Below are positions 36,932-50,200 of a DNA stretch of 64,000 nt, one piece after another (the first letter of the stretch is position 1; every line of letters starts with the position of its first letter). A program made the translations under genes and the position numbers. Origin of the DNA: Lingula anatina (Eukaryota > Animalia > Brachiopoda); contig CM120649.1 in the NCBI GenBank assembly GCA_051362555.1, positions 19,792,567 through 19,856,566 on the forward strand, in the 5' to 3' direction. The notes beneath the pieces were generated by a model. The model was given only the letters and a program-made list of their open reading frames with translations, was not told the DNA's origin and searched no databases.

Positions 36932-38160
36932 TTTACAACCTGAATATTTTAGAGGATGTGAAATATGGATGAGAACTGAGAGTTATAAATCATCTTGGCT
37001 TAAATGAATTTAAAAATCTACATGCCAAGAGTAAGGCCTTAGTCTGGGAGAAAATTTATAAAGCTGGCATATTTTAAAACAAGTTCCGTGCCAGAGGAGG
37101 TCTAAGTTGTGACTTAGATATTCATGCATTTCATATAGCAATTATTTGATCTCTCACTCAAGGTTTACTTATCTCTGTGTTGCTTCATGTTATTCAGTAT
37201 ACTGATTACCAAAGTGTCCAGTTGTCTTTCAGTATTTTTCATGTTAGTTTAATGGTACAGGGATTTATACCTTAGTTGCTGCGATAAACTAGTTTCTAAA
37301 GATTTTATACCTCCTCACTGCCCTAACCCTTAATGAGGATACACATAGTGAGAGGGCTGAAACACAGGTAAAGCCAACAAATAAATGTCAAGTATCAGCT
37401 TCTGTATGAGGCACATGTTAAGAAGACCAGTATGGTTTCTCAGGTCAGTCCTGTTGATGACAGCCAGGGTTGTGTCAGTGTGACAGGTGTGACAGTCTGA
37501 TAGAAACCTTAGTCCATTCCCCATTACTTTGTACTGGTGGCATTCGTCCATATACTTGCTCCGATACTCCACTGCTTAACCCGACCTATACTTATTATAT
37601 TGTACTCAAGACTTTCATTCCTAGGAAGTCTATTCCTAGGAGCACCATTCCTAGGCCTGCCATTCCTGTCACACCAACTCTGCATCATGTGTTACTGGTA
37701 GAACAGCTGATGCAGTGTCCTAGCTGCTTTGTTAGATATTGTTTAAGGTTAACGTCTGATTATTTTATCTTTTTGTATACCTGAGCTACAATAGACAGCT
37801 GTTTGATTTTCCTAGATCTGTTAAAATGGTAGATATTTACTGATATAATCTGTTGCAGGTTTTTTTAATAACATGGAAAAGTTGCAACAAGTCCTATGGG
37901 GCAGTATGATGTGCTGGATTCAAAGGTTTCCATCAGGGTGTGGTACACATTGAGAGGCCCGAACTTGTGGTTAAGTTTCAGTTTTTATTTTTTATTTGTT
38001 TTATTATTATTATTATTTATTATTATTTATAATCATTATCATTTTACAAAATCTCTTTGCCACCTGCTATTTGATAAGTTAAATTAGCCGTGTAGAATGC
38101 TGGAGCTCTTTGTAGGCAACTTCTGGCCAGTTTATCAAGTGGACAATCTCTCAAAATCGA

Positions 38161-38334
38161 CCGGTGTAACGTGACAGAGTCCCCCATGACCGGGAGTCCG
38201 CTTTCCATTCATTTCTACAGGTATTAAAGCCACGCTCTAGATTTTGACCCGCTTAGGTCAGGCTAACCCTAACCATCATAACTAAATGGAGGGTGGACCT
38301 CCTGTTACACGGATCCTCAGTTACGTTACACCTG
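38161..38334. mobile_element. ~175-bp MITE-like element with short TIRs and internal TAACCCTAACC
   Basis: CCGGTGTAACGTGAC ... GTTACGTTACACCTG; core CTAGATTTTGACCC.CTT..GTCA.G.TAACCCTAACC..AATGGAGGG recurs at ~42170. Confidence 0.65.
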
Positions 38335-38739
38335 TCCAGTGAAGTGTAACCCTCACTAGAGGGGCTAAGAAGTCGAGTGTCTCAACGTTTGCCCAAGGTG
38401 TGCTATTAAGTCGTGTTGATAGTCGTGTTCGGTCCTGAAGTTAATAAAATACATTGAAAACGCATCTATATAAGGATCAGTTATGATAGGTAAAAAGAGT
38501 CGGAGCTTTTTGGAGCTTGAGGCATACAATGTAGTTCTAATGCGTTGTCAGTGTATTTTATTTATTTCTTTTACAAGATCAATGCGGTGTTAATGATGAA
38601 TCCCCAAAGATGCCCTAAAGTGAACATGTTTCGATTTGGTCGTATTCAACCATTCTGCCGAGATCGTCCCCAAGTTAGATCGTACAAGCCGGGCTGGGAA
38701 CACGACACGAGAGAGAGGTCGGTAAATTACCGAAGATCT

Positions 38740-38778
<39 letters not shown>

Positions 38779-39245
38779 TATTAGAGCAATTTTTCTTTCT
38801 ATTTATTTATTTTCTCGCGATAGTACTTTGTAGAAATAATGTTTTCAGAACTTATTGTTCTGAAGACTTGGCGCCTTTGAATTATGTAACTATACAAGAC
38901 CATATGCATTTACGTGAGAACAGTTATTTTTATGTTTAAAATGTAAAATCTCATCCTGTGTTTTGTGCAGGTAAAAATATTTAAGAACTACTCTCTTTTC
39001 AAGTGAGATGTTTTTCATATTATTTTAAACTTGAAAAGTTGTCTTTCTGTTTGGATGATTCTAAATCGCGCGCTTTCATTCAAGTATAATGTAATTTGAA
39101 TATAATATATTTGAATAAAACAGTTACTGATTTTTCAACTTCAGTCTCGTGTGATTTAAAAAAAAACATTCTTTTTCACTCTCAAGTAGTTTTGACGCTC
39201 GAGCTCATTTTATAGTCACTTAGGGGTTTTGATCTACAAAAACGA

Positions 39246-39292
<47 letters not shown>

Positions 39293-40230
39293 ACACACAC
39301 AATTCTCAGGTGACAAAACTGCCGGACAACGACACCTGTCAGCAGTCACATAAGCCGACATGGCACTTTTGACTTAAGATGGTTAATTTTTCCGGTGTAC
39401 CAAAACAAAGAAAGGTTGAATCATAAAATCTTCATGGCATTTATTTAAAACGTTTTCCTAAAATAACTCAGAAATTAATATGGGTTTAACCAACCGATAT
39501 ACATAAAGACCGATTGGAGACGGGCAACTTGTCCTTGGCCGGTATGCAAGAAAACGGAGATTTTCCCCTTTGAAAGTTTTACAGTTGGGCTTATTTTGAA
39601 ACTGATTCAGCATTCTCTAGATCAAGAATTCGGCTTTTCCCCTTTATTGGACAGGCCAGGAGAGGTGGGGGGGGGGGGGGGGGGGGGCGGGTCTGCTTAA
39701 AATTGTCAACTTACCGGCAATGGCTCATTTTGTTAACACAGACGAAGAAATAGCAAGGTTTCGTGGCAATCTAATGTAAAACGTTCGATGGCGATTTATT
39801 TGCGATCTAAAGCGCCTTTCCCAGATTTTATCTCACAAAATGTCACATGCGCAGGTGTCAGTCACTAAGTGCACGACATCCAAACACGTTTTTTTAAAAT
39901 TAATTTATTTAACAGAAGCGTATTTCTTCCTAACGAAACACATAACTAATCCGCTTCATCGTTAACCTTCACGTACGATGTTAAATTTGATGCTTTTTTT
40001 TCGAGAAACGCAGTTTTTAAATCGTGCTAAAAGAAAATGAAAATGTGAAGAAAATCTGTGAAAGATAATGCATTCCGATCCATTCACTAAACAAGACAGA
40101 TTAAAACCACAATGCTAGTAAAAATCGCAAAACTCGCTATATTTTAATACTTCTTTGTCTATTGTGTAACTTCAATATTGAGCATTTTGAGTTCTGATCA
40201 AAGATTTCACCCCTGTCCCGTGGGGTGTTG

Positions 40231-41601
40231 TCACCATCCCGGGGGGTACATCGGGGGCCCAGTGCCGCCTTGGCGTTTGTCAGGCTTCACGTGCCTCATT
40301 CCTCGCAGTAAGCGCAGCATTTTGGATCGAAATGTGTCTGTAAATTTGCTCTCATCAGCGTCTCTCAAATTAGAAATTGCATCTTCGAAGTTCAAATTTC
40401 TCGTTAACTGTTTCAATGGTTTTTCTTTTCCCGGTAAGCGTCCTAGAATTGTCTGTATATGAGCAATGCCCCTCCCGGGAGGAGGGAGAGAACCATCAAA
40501 ACCATGTGACCTGCGCAAAGCGTTTGGTTTTAAATGGATTTCTTCTTTCTCACGATCAGTAACTTGGCGGGCAGGGAAGAAAAGTGGAAAACTCGTTGTC
40601 GAGAGATATCTTTGTCGAGTTTCCGTCAACATCGGTTGAAATTCAATTGGAAGATTTGAAAGTCTTTGATTCGTCTGCAAATGTTTGGGTGCCGCTTGTC
40701 TTGGACGGTAACCGGGAAATGTGTCGTCTGTTTTTTGCAGCAGCCTGGCGGCAGAGGAACCTAAGGCCGTGCACAGCGTTGCGCTAAACAAGAGAACGTG
40801 GACGGCACGGGACACCTGCTCGCTGCGACATGTTCTGAAATGCGCAAATAAACAGTTCATTCAATGAATACATATGCATGCTAAGAACATAATAAATATG
40901 AATACTTTATCTTTTGTTTTCATAAACTAAATAAATTGAAAGCATTCAGTCCACGACTTTCACCATTCCATATGAAAGTGACTTGTAATTCTGATATACT
41001 GTATATTTACGTCCATAATGGGCTAATATATACACGTGGTATTTTTCCTTTACTTTAGATTTATGAAATTTCTAAATTAAATATAAAAAAAGCCATTTTA
41101 AATATGTAGAGATCATAGATAATTTTTCACAAATGAAAGAATTTGTAAGTAAAAAGTTGTTTTGTAATTCTTTTATGTCTCAAATTTCCAACGATAAACC
41201 ATCAATGCAATCTGGAAATAATTACAAGAAACTTACTTTTGGAAATCTTCTTATCAGATAACCAATGTTATAGAAAAATATGAGACCATGTTTTGTTATC
41301 CTTCTTTTCTTTCTTGTTGATCTCAAAAGTTTTTTTTCTTCGGATAATAAGGAACAGACAAAATTAAACTGAAATCTTTTATGCCGCAAGTCAAAACGTT
41401 ATGCACCCCCCTCCCCTAAAAAAAATGATAATAAAATGATAAAGAAAGAAAGAATTTTTTTAATCTGCCAATTAAAATAGCCCTATTTTATTTATTAGCT
41501 CCTCATTTGCAAAACAAACCCTTGTAATGAGATCGTTTTTCAGGATGACATAGAATAAAAATTTTTAAAAAACCATACCTTTTCCACATGATCACAACCA
41601 T
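40231..41601 (-). CDS. Putative secreted peptide (neuropeptide-like) precursor, ~208 aa, two exons
   Basis: Exon 41601-41579 (MVVIMWK-AG/gtatgg) joins in phase to 40834-40231 (ttcag/A); hydrophobic stretch AVHVLLFSATLCTALG; basic sites RR, GR and KR; C-terminal KR-QGGTGPPMYPPGW-stop. Confidence 0.68.
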
Positions 41602-41738
41602 CTTGTTTCAAGAGTTGGACGCAATGTAACTTTCCTAATATTTTTCCTGGCTACAAACTCCCTCACAGAAATCAGTCCGTGACATCAGGTTGGTGTTCAG
41701 GTGTCAGTGTTATCTGGTCTGAGATCAGGACCAGGCTC

Positions 41739-41746
41739 TTTTATAA
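41739..41746 (-). promoter_or_regulatory. TATA box of the secreted precursor gene
   Basis: GGTTATAAAAAGAGCC on the minus strand ~140 nt upstream of the ATG. Confidence 0.55.
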
Positions 41747-42093
41747 CCAGAATGTTTGGTGAACGCCCTCTATTCAGCTAATGGATATTTCCAGCTCGAT
41801 ACTGAGGGTGTTACGAGACTCTGTGGGCGTTCTTTCTAATCTCTCTTGACGCGAATGAATAGTCCCCACTTGAATTGCAATTGATCGGAACTTAATTAAT
41901 TTTGCTAATAAGTGTTAAGTCGTTGGATTTGTCTGTGTACAATGCGTAAGTTATGACGGACAACTTGTTTAATGTTTAGTTAAAGCGTTGATGCGAGGAT
42001 TTACGGAGAGAGGAGGTTGGATGACCGGGGACGCTTAGGAAGACGCCCAGGAGTATTAAGGTCCAGGGCTCGGGTAACAGCGAGATAAACACT

Positions 42094-42261
42094 CCGGTAT
42101 CATGCACGAGAGAGAATCCCCTGTGATACAGCCAGTTCTCCAATGATTTGTACAGGCGAATCCCGTCCTAGATTTTGACCCACTTGCGTCATGGTAACCC
42201 TAACCTCTATGAATCTAATGGAGGGCGGGTTCTCTGCACGGAGGCCTATATTTTACACCGG
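42094..42261. mobile_element. Second, diverged copy of the TAACCCTAACC-containing MITE-like element
   Basis: CCGGT ... ACACCGG ends and core shared with 38161-38334. Confidence 0.6.
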
Positions 42262-43858
42262 CAGTTGCAACTTGTTTGCTTTCCTTTCTTATTGTTTTAT
42301 TTACCTCACACTTGAGAGGGCATAGTACGCAAAAATACACAAATGTACAACAACGTTATTAAAAAGTACAATGGTAGGCAAAGATATAGTTAATATTGCC
42401 GAAAAATAGTGCCAAATAGAATTCATGTTTAAGTGATTCTTTATCAAAGAATATCATTAAATACAAATATATTGTTTTGCATTATTGCTTTTAGTGTCAA
42501 ACCAACATCGGGAATTGGTGGCCTGCTAAGTATGATTGCTGGTTAAAATAAGTTTGTGCAAACACAGCGAGATTACGTGAGATAAATAAAAGACTAGTGC
42601 ACAGTGAAAACGATATTTATTACTATATGCTTTTTTTTTCAAAGGGATGTAATACACCACATTTGTGAGAAATGAAGCTGTTACTAACGTAAAGTATAGT
42701 GAATTATATGATATGTAAATGGTATGGGGGCAGAGATATTCTATCACCAACCTTATGAGAATTATCGTTTATCGAACTTGTTGTGAGATTGGAGTCAAAA
42801 TCCTCCCTAGACCTGGGGGAAGACGTGTTTGTAGACAAATGATGTGGGTTGGGAGATTTTGTTTGACATTTGCTGTGCTAACTCCCATGTTTTTAAAGAC
42901 GCATATTGAGCGAGTAAGTATTCGAATTACAGCAACTTAACCCGAACAAATGCCACTATATAGTTTCAAATAGGGACCTAGTAGATGTATAACTGAAAAG
43001 AAATTCCACAGTTTCATAACATATTTCCGGAAATGGTATTTCTACAGATTTTCTGCTCATGTGCTGTGCATTGCAGACAAAAAGTAAAAAAAAAGATAAA
43101 ATTACGACCAAAAAATTGATGAAGATGCAGTTTTAAATCCATTTTTTCTGCTGCACAAAATATGTTTTATTCTTCTTCTTTTATTTTATATTTTATTTAT
43201 TTATTTATTTATTTATTTTATTTATTTATTTGCATGTGGTGACGAACTGTTTCTCGACAAATGCTGTACAGGGAATTACATTTATGCTTGCTTCGAATGT
43301 ATCTTCGAGCATCTTGTAAAATAACGTCTAAACCCAATATCACGAATTTGGCACATAACATTTCACTGGCCTCTATCCCACAAATATCAAAAATAATATC
43401 TGCAAAGAAAAAAGAAAAACAAACAATTGGGTGATAGACTTACAAGCACCAAAAAAACTTTATTCATCCAAAAATCAATGGAATGATATGCAGAATGCAC
43501 GTCAATTTTGAGTTGTAGAAAGCACCCAAATAACAGTCACGGTACGCGTGTCAAGTACACACAAACACTATCATTCATTTCTCTGACATGGGTTCAATAA
43601 AACTATCCCTCCCCTCCCCCACGGATTTAATTTATATACTTTACACTACCGCAGTCAGTTAGTCATAGGCAATTAAGATAACTTTCACAGAAATTAATAT
43701 TCTTGCTACCATTTTCACGTCAACCTACATGATTGACCTAAAACACATACAGTGAGTCAGTGTAAAATAAACATATGAATAGCTCTAGCTATCATAACAG
43801 TCCCAGTTAAGTTTTCTAGGATAGATTATCGTAACTCTCCTTCGTCTAATAAATGGTG

Positions 43859-43862
<4 letters not shown>

Positions 43863-43908
<46 letters not shown>

Positions 43909-43929
43909 GGGCTCGCACACACACACACA
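43863..43929. repeat. (CT)n followed by (CA)n microsatellite
   Basis: Directly visible. Confidence 0.9.
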
Positions 43930-44565
43930 AACCCACGCGTGGACAACTGAACTTTCGCCATGCCTGTATGATATTTCCACGAGTCCTGCGCTGAACTGTT
44001 CAACATGTAGTCTAAACAAGCATGCTCTCCACGCGTGGGTCCAGTCCCGTCCAATAACGTTATCTGTGTGCTTCCTGAAAAAGCTCAACTGGCATATTTC
44101 ATAGAAGTAACGCCTATGTTTACCAGGAATCTCCAGGTTACCTGTTCTAAAGTTAACCCAGTTGAAGGCTCGATAAGAGACGCAGCCAGGCAACTCCAGA
44201 TGGGTCCATCGACTTGTAGTAGAGCAACCTTCGCTTACTTTATTTGACAGTGCTTTCCGTTGTCGAAGAAATAGAGATGAATTATTAATGTGTTCCACCT
44301 GGAAAAGTGGAGGATGCATCCCGTCCTGGCGCGTGATTAGCTATCTTTAAATCTGACTTCACCTGCCAGTGACCGTGAGGCAAAAACTTGTATTTTTGTG
44401 CATGCGTTTTAGTTTTTGATAAAAATTATCGTGGTCCTCGTGATTGTGTACCTGTCATGAAAGTCAAATCCAGGGAAAACTGACAGCAGGTGTTGATCAA
44501 TATTTTAATGTTATGATATTTTAACGTTAATTACTAGTACGTATATAGTCTATATACATGTACTA

Positions 44566-44723
44566 CAGGTCAGTGACCAGCAATTTAAGTAGGAAGGCGG
44601 GGGGGGGGTCCGAAAAAGTGGATCTTTTACCATGAAACCTTCACGAACTTCGATCAAATTTCACCCAGAGCGGACCTTTTTCGCACGAACCACTCCCCCC
44701 CCCCCCACCCGGCCACGGGCCTG
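44566..44723. mobile_element. Copy of the ~170-bp MITE family
   Basis: CAGGTCAGTGACCAGCAATTT ... CCGGCCACGGGCCTG with the shared GGATCTTTTACCATGAAACCTTCA core. Confidence 0.72.
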
Positions 44724-46233
44724 TCCTATGCCCTGACTTAAAAAAATTCTAGTGATGATTGGTTTTTATTACTCCGCACGGGATATGCTCATATTTTTAC
44801 AGGTCAAATCTGTTTTAGAAATAAATATACAGAATATCAGACTTAGTACTGCGGGTGACCTTGTAATATCAATCTAATAACTGCAGTCGCTTTGAAGCTG
44901 TTTAAAAGTTTTAAAATCGCACCGCACACGATTTTTTAACAGGAAAGGACAGAAAGTCCGTTTGTTTTATACTAAATACATTTGCCATTAGAGTATTAAT
45001 TATTGCTTTTAATACTGTTTAACTTCTACTTAAAAGAAACAAAGGTTGATTCACAACACTTATATTTTTGATGAATCATTTGGCACAAGTGCAATTAATC
45101 AGGTGCGTCAGCAAAATTTTAAGAATTTATGATGGCTGTTAATGGCTGTATTTACTGATAACGTAATGCACCATCTTCTGGCGGTAATAAACCACGTCCC
45201 GTCATTCAGGGTAGCACGAGGTACATGTAGGTCTACAGTTGCGAAGATGCACATGTCGAAATATAGGCGAAAGTGCAACCAAATAATGATATGAATTAAA
45301 AAAAAAGAACACTTTATTGTCTAAGCCTTTATGGTCTAAAACAAAACCCTAGTGCACATGACATCCAAGTAGGTTTATTGATGTTTATTGAACTGTCATA
45401 ACATGTTTGTGTTCTGGTCAAATATTTAACATTTCGACAAAGCTGTGGAAGGCTGTGATGGAGGGAAACATACAGTATGATTTCGGCGACCAAAAAAAAA
45501 AAAAAAAAAAAAAAAAAAGCGTAGAATTTGAATTTGATGTTTTGAACGAATGAATGGACAGATAAAAAAATGAATTAGGTAAATATATGATATGGAAAAC
45601 TAAGGCAATGTATTATGATGTGATAAAAATCCGTTTCGTGTTCATTTCCTGCTACATGTAACAATTCAACCCTTTGTTTTAAGTAATTCGTGCTTCAAAT
45701 ATCCATGGATCAAATACTCAACAGCATCTGCAGGAAATGATAAGACTACATGGTAAAACATTCTATAATCTCCACTCGTTACGCGACTGCAAACTAACGA
45801 AATGCGCGCATTCCGTACGTATAGAAGGAGGGAATTAGCGGTGTTGGCTTTCTAAGTCTATTTGCTAAAAGATAACGGGGCCCACGCGTACGCAGGACAA
45901 CTAAATACTCTACTATACAGCTAAGGAATTGAGGACAAAATATTTTCAGTGTTTTTCTGGGTTGTCTATTTATTTGTTTATTTATTGTTGAATTTTGTTA
46001 CTAAGAATAGTCTACAAAAGTTACCATCGTTAAAAATATTAATCTAATTTAAATTTAGACATTTATAGGTCCCAATTTATAAATACAGGTGGATTTAATG
46101 TTATTTTTTCTTTGACATTGGTGCTGCGACTACAAAAAGGAGAAAAATACTGAATAATTTACTGCTTCTTTTTGTATCGAATAAATAATTTTTAATTCAT
46201 ACTTTGGAACGTTCCCCGTTCAATAGAGTGAGA

Positions 46234-46323
46234 GTCATGTGACTTATTTTGTCACGTGACCTGCTCTCGCACAACGCGAGATTTTAGGAGAGAGGCACTA
46301 ATCAGGGCCGTCGCTAAGGTAAA
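46234..46323 (+). promoter_or_regulatory. Candidate DNAH2 promoter / non-coding first exon
   Basis: GTCATGTGAC (46234) and GTCACGTGAC (46251) E-boxes; X-box-like GTCGCTAAGGTAAA (46310-46323) overlapping a donor AAG/GTAAAT; acceptor TTCCAG at ~47155 precedes the ATG. Confidence 0.4.
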
Positions 46324-47210
46324 TTATATTATATATCAACTTAAAATCGCCAATTAGAGATAATTTGTAGGTTTGTCAAGATCAGTTTGATAAATTTGCA
46401 TACAAAGAATACCCAGTACAAATATAGTCTCCGAAGATGTGGTTTTTGAAGTCAGAAAAGTGATCGAAATAGGACGCTTCTACAACATTTTACAGCAAAT
46501 ATCGGCGCTTCTACAAGTTCAGGCAAAAATAATACTTGTTTACAATGTTTTACAATAAACTGCTCAAGAAATATCTAGATATTTCTCATGTAAAAAGAAG
46601 CACCCCTTCTTTAAAGTAAAATTAAGTTTTCACTTAGATGTTTCGTGAATTGAGCGCTTTTTACCTACCATTGCTGTGTTTAGGTAAAATTAGAAATACT
46701 TGGCAAGTTTTCAAAATGGGGTTTTACAGCCGAAACAAGGCTACAGATTTGGTATCTCTCTTGTCTAAGTTTGGTTAATATGAAATCAGTTTGTTTGTTT
46801 TGTCCAGGCTCAAATGCAAATCCATAGGGCCACTGTTTGATACTTATTTTGGCATAAATTGAGGCGACCTCTGATATAGTCACTGCAAACACGAATCTGT
46901 GATGCAGTGTTAACACTATTGAAGCTGTTATCTGAAATAAGACATGGCTCGAGATTTTGCATGATCCTTAAATCTTACAAATAGGTGCTCTTTAGTCCTG
47001 TATATCTCCCATATGTTAAATTGGACCTCTAACTGATTTTTGTTATTAAACGTAATTCCACCTTTTATCAAAAATAGACCAAAACTCACAACGATTTTTT
47101 TTATTTTGATTTGATAATGTGAGTACATTTTTAATAAAGTGACTTATCATTCCAGGCCCATGCATTTACACTATTAGGATTTTATGAATTACTCACATTA
47201 AGAAGCAAAT

Positions 47211-50200
47211 ATGTCGGAAGAGGCACCAAATACTCCCCCAACAGAAGAAAAAACAGAAGAAGCTGGGGAGGGAATACAAGAAAATGGTGTTGAAAATGGA
47301 GAAGAAAATGGTGTGCAAGAAAATGGTAAATAAGTGTTTATCAGATTATTAAATTTAATTTTACCCACTTTTTTTTTTAGATATAATCCCCTTTGAAATT
47401 GCTGGTTACTGACCTGTTAAGGTAGATGATACTTGGATTGTAGATAAAATTATACTCCCAACTTCAAAAGTCTGTACATTTTTCCTTTAAAATTTTTAGT
47501 TAATGGAGATATTAATGGAGAAGTGAATGGAGAAGTGGAACCATCAGAAAGTGGAGAACTTGCTGATTTAAAGGATGATGATGATGAAGAAGACAGTAAA
47601 GAAAAAGAGCCAGAAGTTGATGTGGTAAGTACATCTGATAATAATGTAACTGCATGCACTTAATAAATGCTTGCTAGATATAGTAGGAGTTAGTGTTCAG
47701 CAAATATGATATGGGTTAGTCACAAGTGGGAGAAATTTATTTCTGCGTTCTTGTCTACATAAACTTGTATTTATAGTTTATCAAAGTGCAGGAATTTCTG
47801 ACAAAATGTGTTGAATGTATCTAACAATGAAAGATAACAGTTAAAGTAAATTATATTTTTATTGATACATCAGAAGATGAGTTAAGATATTGATATCCTC
47901 ATCAAATACAGGCAAAAATAATTATTTGTCTCAGTAATAGTAATGATGTGAAAATGTCCATACTTATTTAATAACTCAGAAGTATGTGGCATGTAAATTA
48001 ATTAATAATCATAAATTAAAATAAATAAAATAATTAAGAAATTATTATCTTAAAATTGCAGCGTCAGCTCCTAAAGGACAGAGTGACACTAAGCCACCTG
48101 ACGTCAGACATGTACACAGAGACGCACGAAACATTTATCAAACGTTTCCTGGACGACCCTGACTGCAGGCTGCTGGTCGCATACATGGACAAAATTAACG
48201 GTCTGACATTTGATCACATGATCCCTACAAACCCCACCGAGGAGGTGACCTATTTTATTCAAAAGGGAGAACTGAAGGGTGCAATTACAGCACAGAATTT
48301 CCTGAAGTGTGTCCAGTACGGAACAGTGAATGGAAACCACATTGAGAGCCTGCTGAAGATGATGTCAGGAATATATGCACCAATTTTCTTTGAGAATACA
48401 ACATGGCCAGACAGTATCCTTTTTATTAATGTGTGTGTGTGTGATTGGGTGGAGTTTTGGGGTTCTGGGCCCAGTTTTATAAGAAAAAAAGCAAAAACAA
48501 AAAACAGTACATAAGATGAAATAGAATAAAATACTGCATTTGTGCCTGTTGGGAAATAATGACCTAAAGTTTGAAATTTGATTTTACACTAAGGATTATT
48601 ATTAAGCAGGTATCTAAATGAGGTTTCTGAATATGTTCTAGATTTGTTTGTAGAAGATTACACCTTTCTGCAGGTCTGTCATGTGTGTGAAGTTCTGCAT
48701 CATGTGGATTTTAATTTTCAATTCGTTCATTTTGACATTCTGTGTTTGAGTGATTGAAAACTAAAACCACCTGGCCTGTAGAGTTCCTTAACTCTGTGTC
48801 CAGGTATTAAGAACGACTTTGCAGCGCAGTTACACAGGTTCCTGGCCAGTCTGACAGACACGCGCTGGAAGATGGAGGGCAAGACGGTGCTGTATGTCCC
48901 CAGTGAAGGGATGAAGATGCAGGCAGAGGAGGCCGCCAAGAATAAGGAGCTGGTACAGAGACTGGAAAGTAAGGATGAATTGTTATGAGGGTTTAAGATT
49001 GATTTAACTTTGCACTGCTGTTTTGCTATTTGTAATAGTTTTAATTTTTATGTGGAAAAGATACACAAACATGATCATGACAATTGTGTTCATGTGTTTT
49101 TTACAATTTTTAAAAAATGTATGCCTTATTTTATTTGAACATAAATTTGAACATAAATTTAATATGACATATTATAACTATCACTTTCCTATCCAAAATT
49201 TAAATTAACTTCTCCATGTAATCAGGTGATGTCCATGTTAAAGTCATGTTTTTTTGATAAATCTACATGTTGAACTATAAAATATTCCAGCTGCTATGAT
49301 TCATTGGACCAGGCAGATCAAGGAAGTTCTCAGCTCCCAAGATGGTTTTGAGACAGCAGAGAATGCGGGACCCCTGGAGGAGATCGAGTTTTGGAAGAAC
49401 AGATGTGCCGACTTATCTGGCATCAGCCAACAACTGGACAAACCTGGGGTGAAGAAGATTACCGCCATCCTGGGACTGGCAAAGTCTTCGTATGTGACAC
49501 CCTTCATGAAGTTAGCAGGACATATCAAAGTAAGATTTTTTAGTCTATCAAAATATTTCATAGATATCTGGTTTGATAACTATGTATGCTATATGATTTG
49601 TCCTATTTTTTACAATCAGTATGGTGTACTTCATGATGAAAAAGTTATTTGTTACAATGAAAACTTACATTTTAAGGTAGAATATAAAATACGACAGTTA
49701 CTGCACTAGTGTCTTCTTCATGAATTTATGCTGTGCAAGTGTTCACATAATTCACTTGAAATCAGCCAAATGTCTGCATTTTATATGAGTAGTCTCCTTA
49801 TATCATTAATATATTACATTAAGTATACTTTAGTAATTTAAAATTATATTTCTGTTGTACATTTTCATCTACCCAAGCAGATGCATGTGCTACAATGAAT
49901 TAATCTTATAAATCAAAGCATAATTTCAGAATATATCTGTTTTGTCTTCATTGTCCTTTTGTTTATTTTCCATACTTTCACATGCCACACCTTATCATCT
50001 AGATATATCTTAAATCCACTGTTATTTTCTTGTATTCCAGGAGGGGTCCAGACAGGCAGAGAGCAACCTCAAGTTTCTGATGGTATTAAAGGACCCATGC
50101 TATGAGCTGTCTGACGCTCACCCCAAGGACATCCCACCCATGTTGCCCAAGATTCTGAACCTGATCAGGATGATCTGGGTGAACTCGGAGTTCTATAAGA

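Noticed and set aside
40231-40275. Calling the precursor APGWamide or AKH/RPCH
   Set aside because: Single copy, PPGW rather than APGW, no amide-donor Gly, and the peptide is C-terminal rather than directly after the signal peptide
38263-42206. TAACCCTAACC as interstitial telomere
   Set aside because: Fewer than two full units, embedded at the same position in two copies of a dispersed element
43785-44319. 157-aa and overlapping ORFs upstream of the precursor gene
   Set aside because: Run through microsatellites, no recognisable domain or splice support
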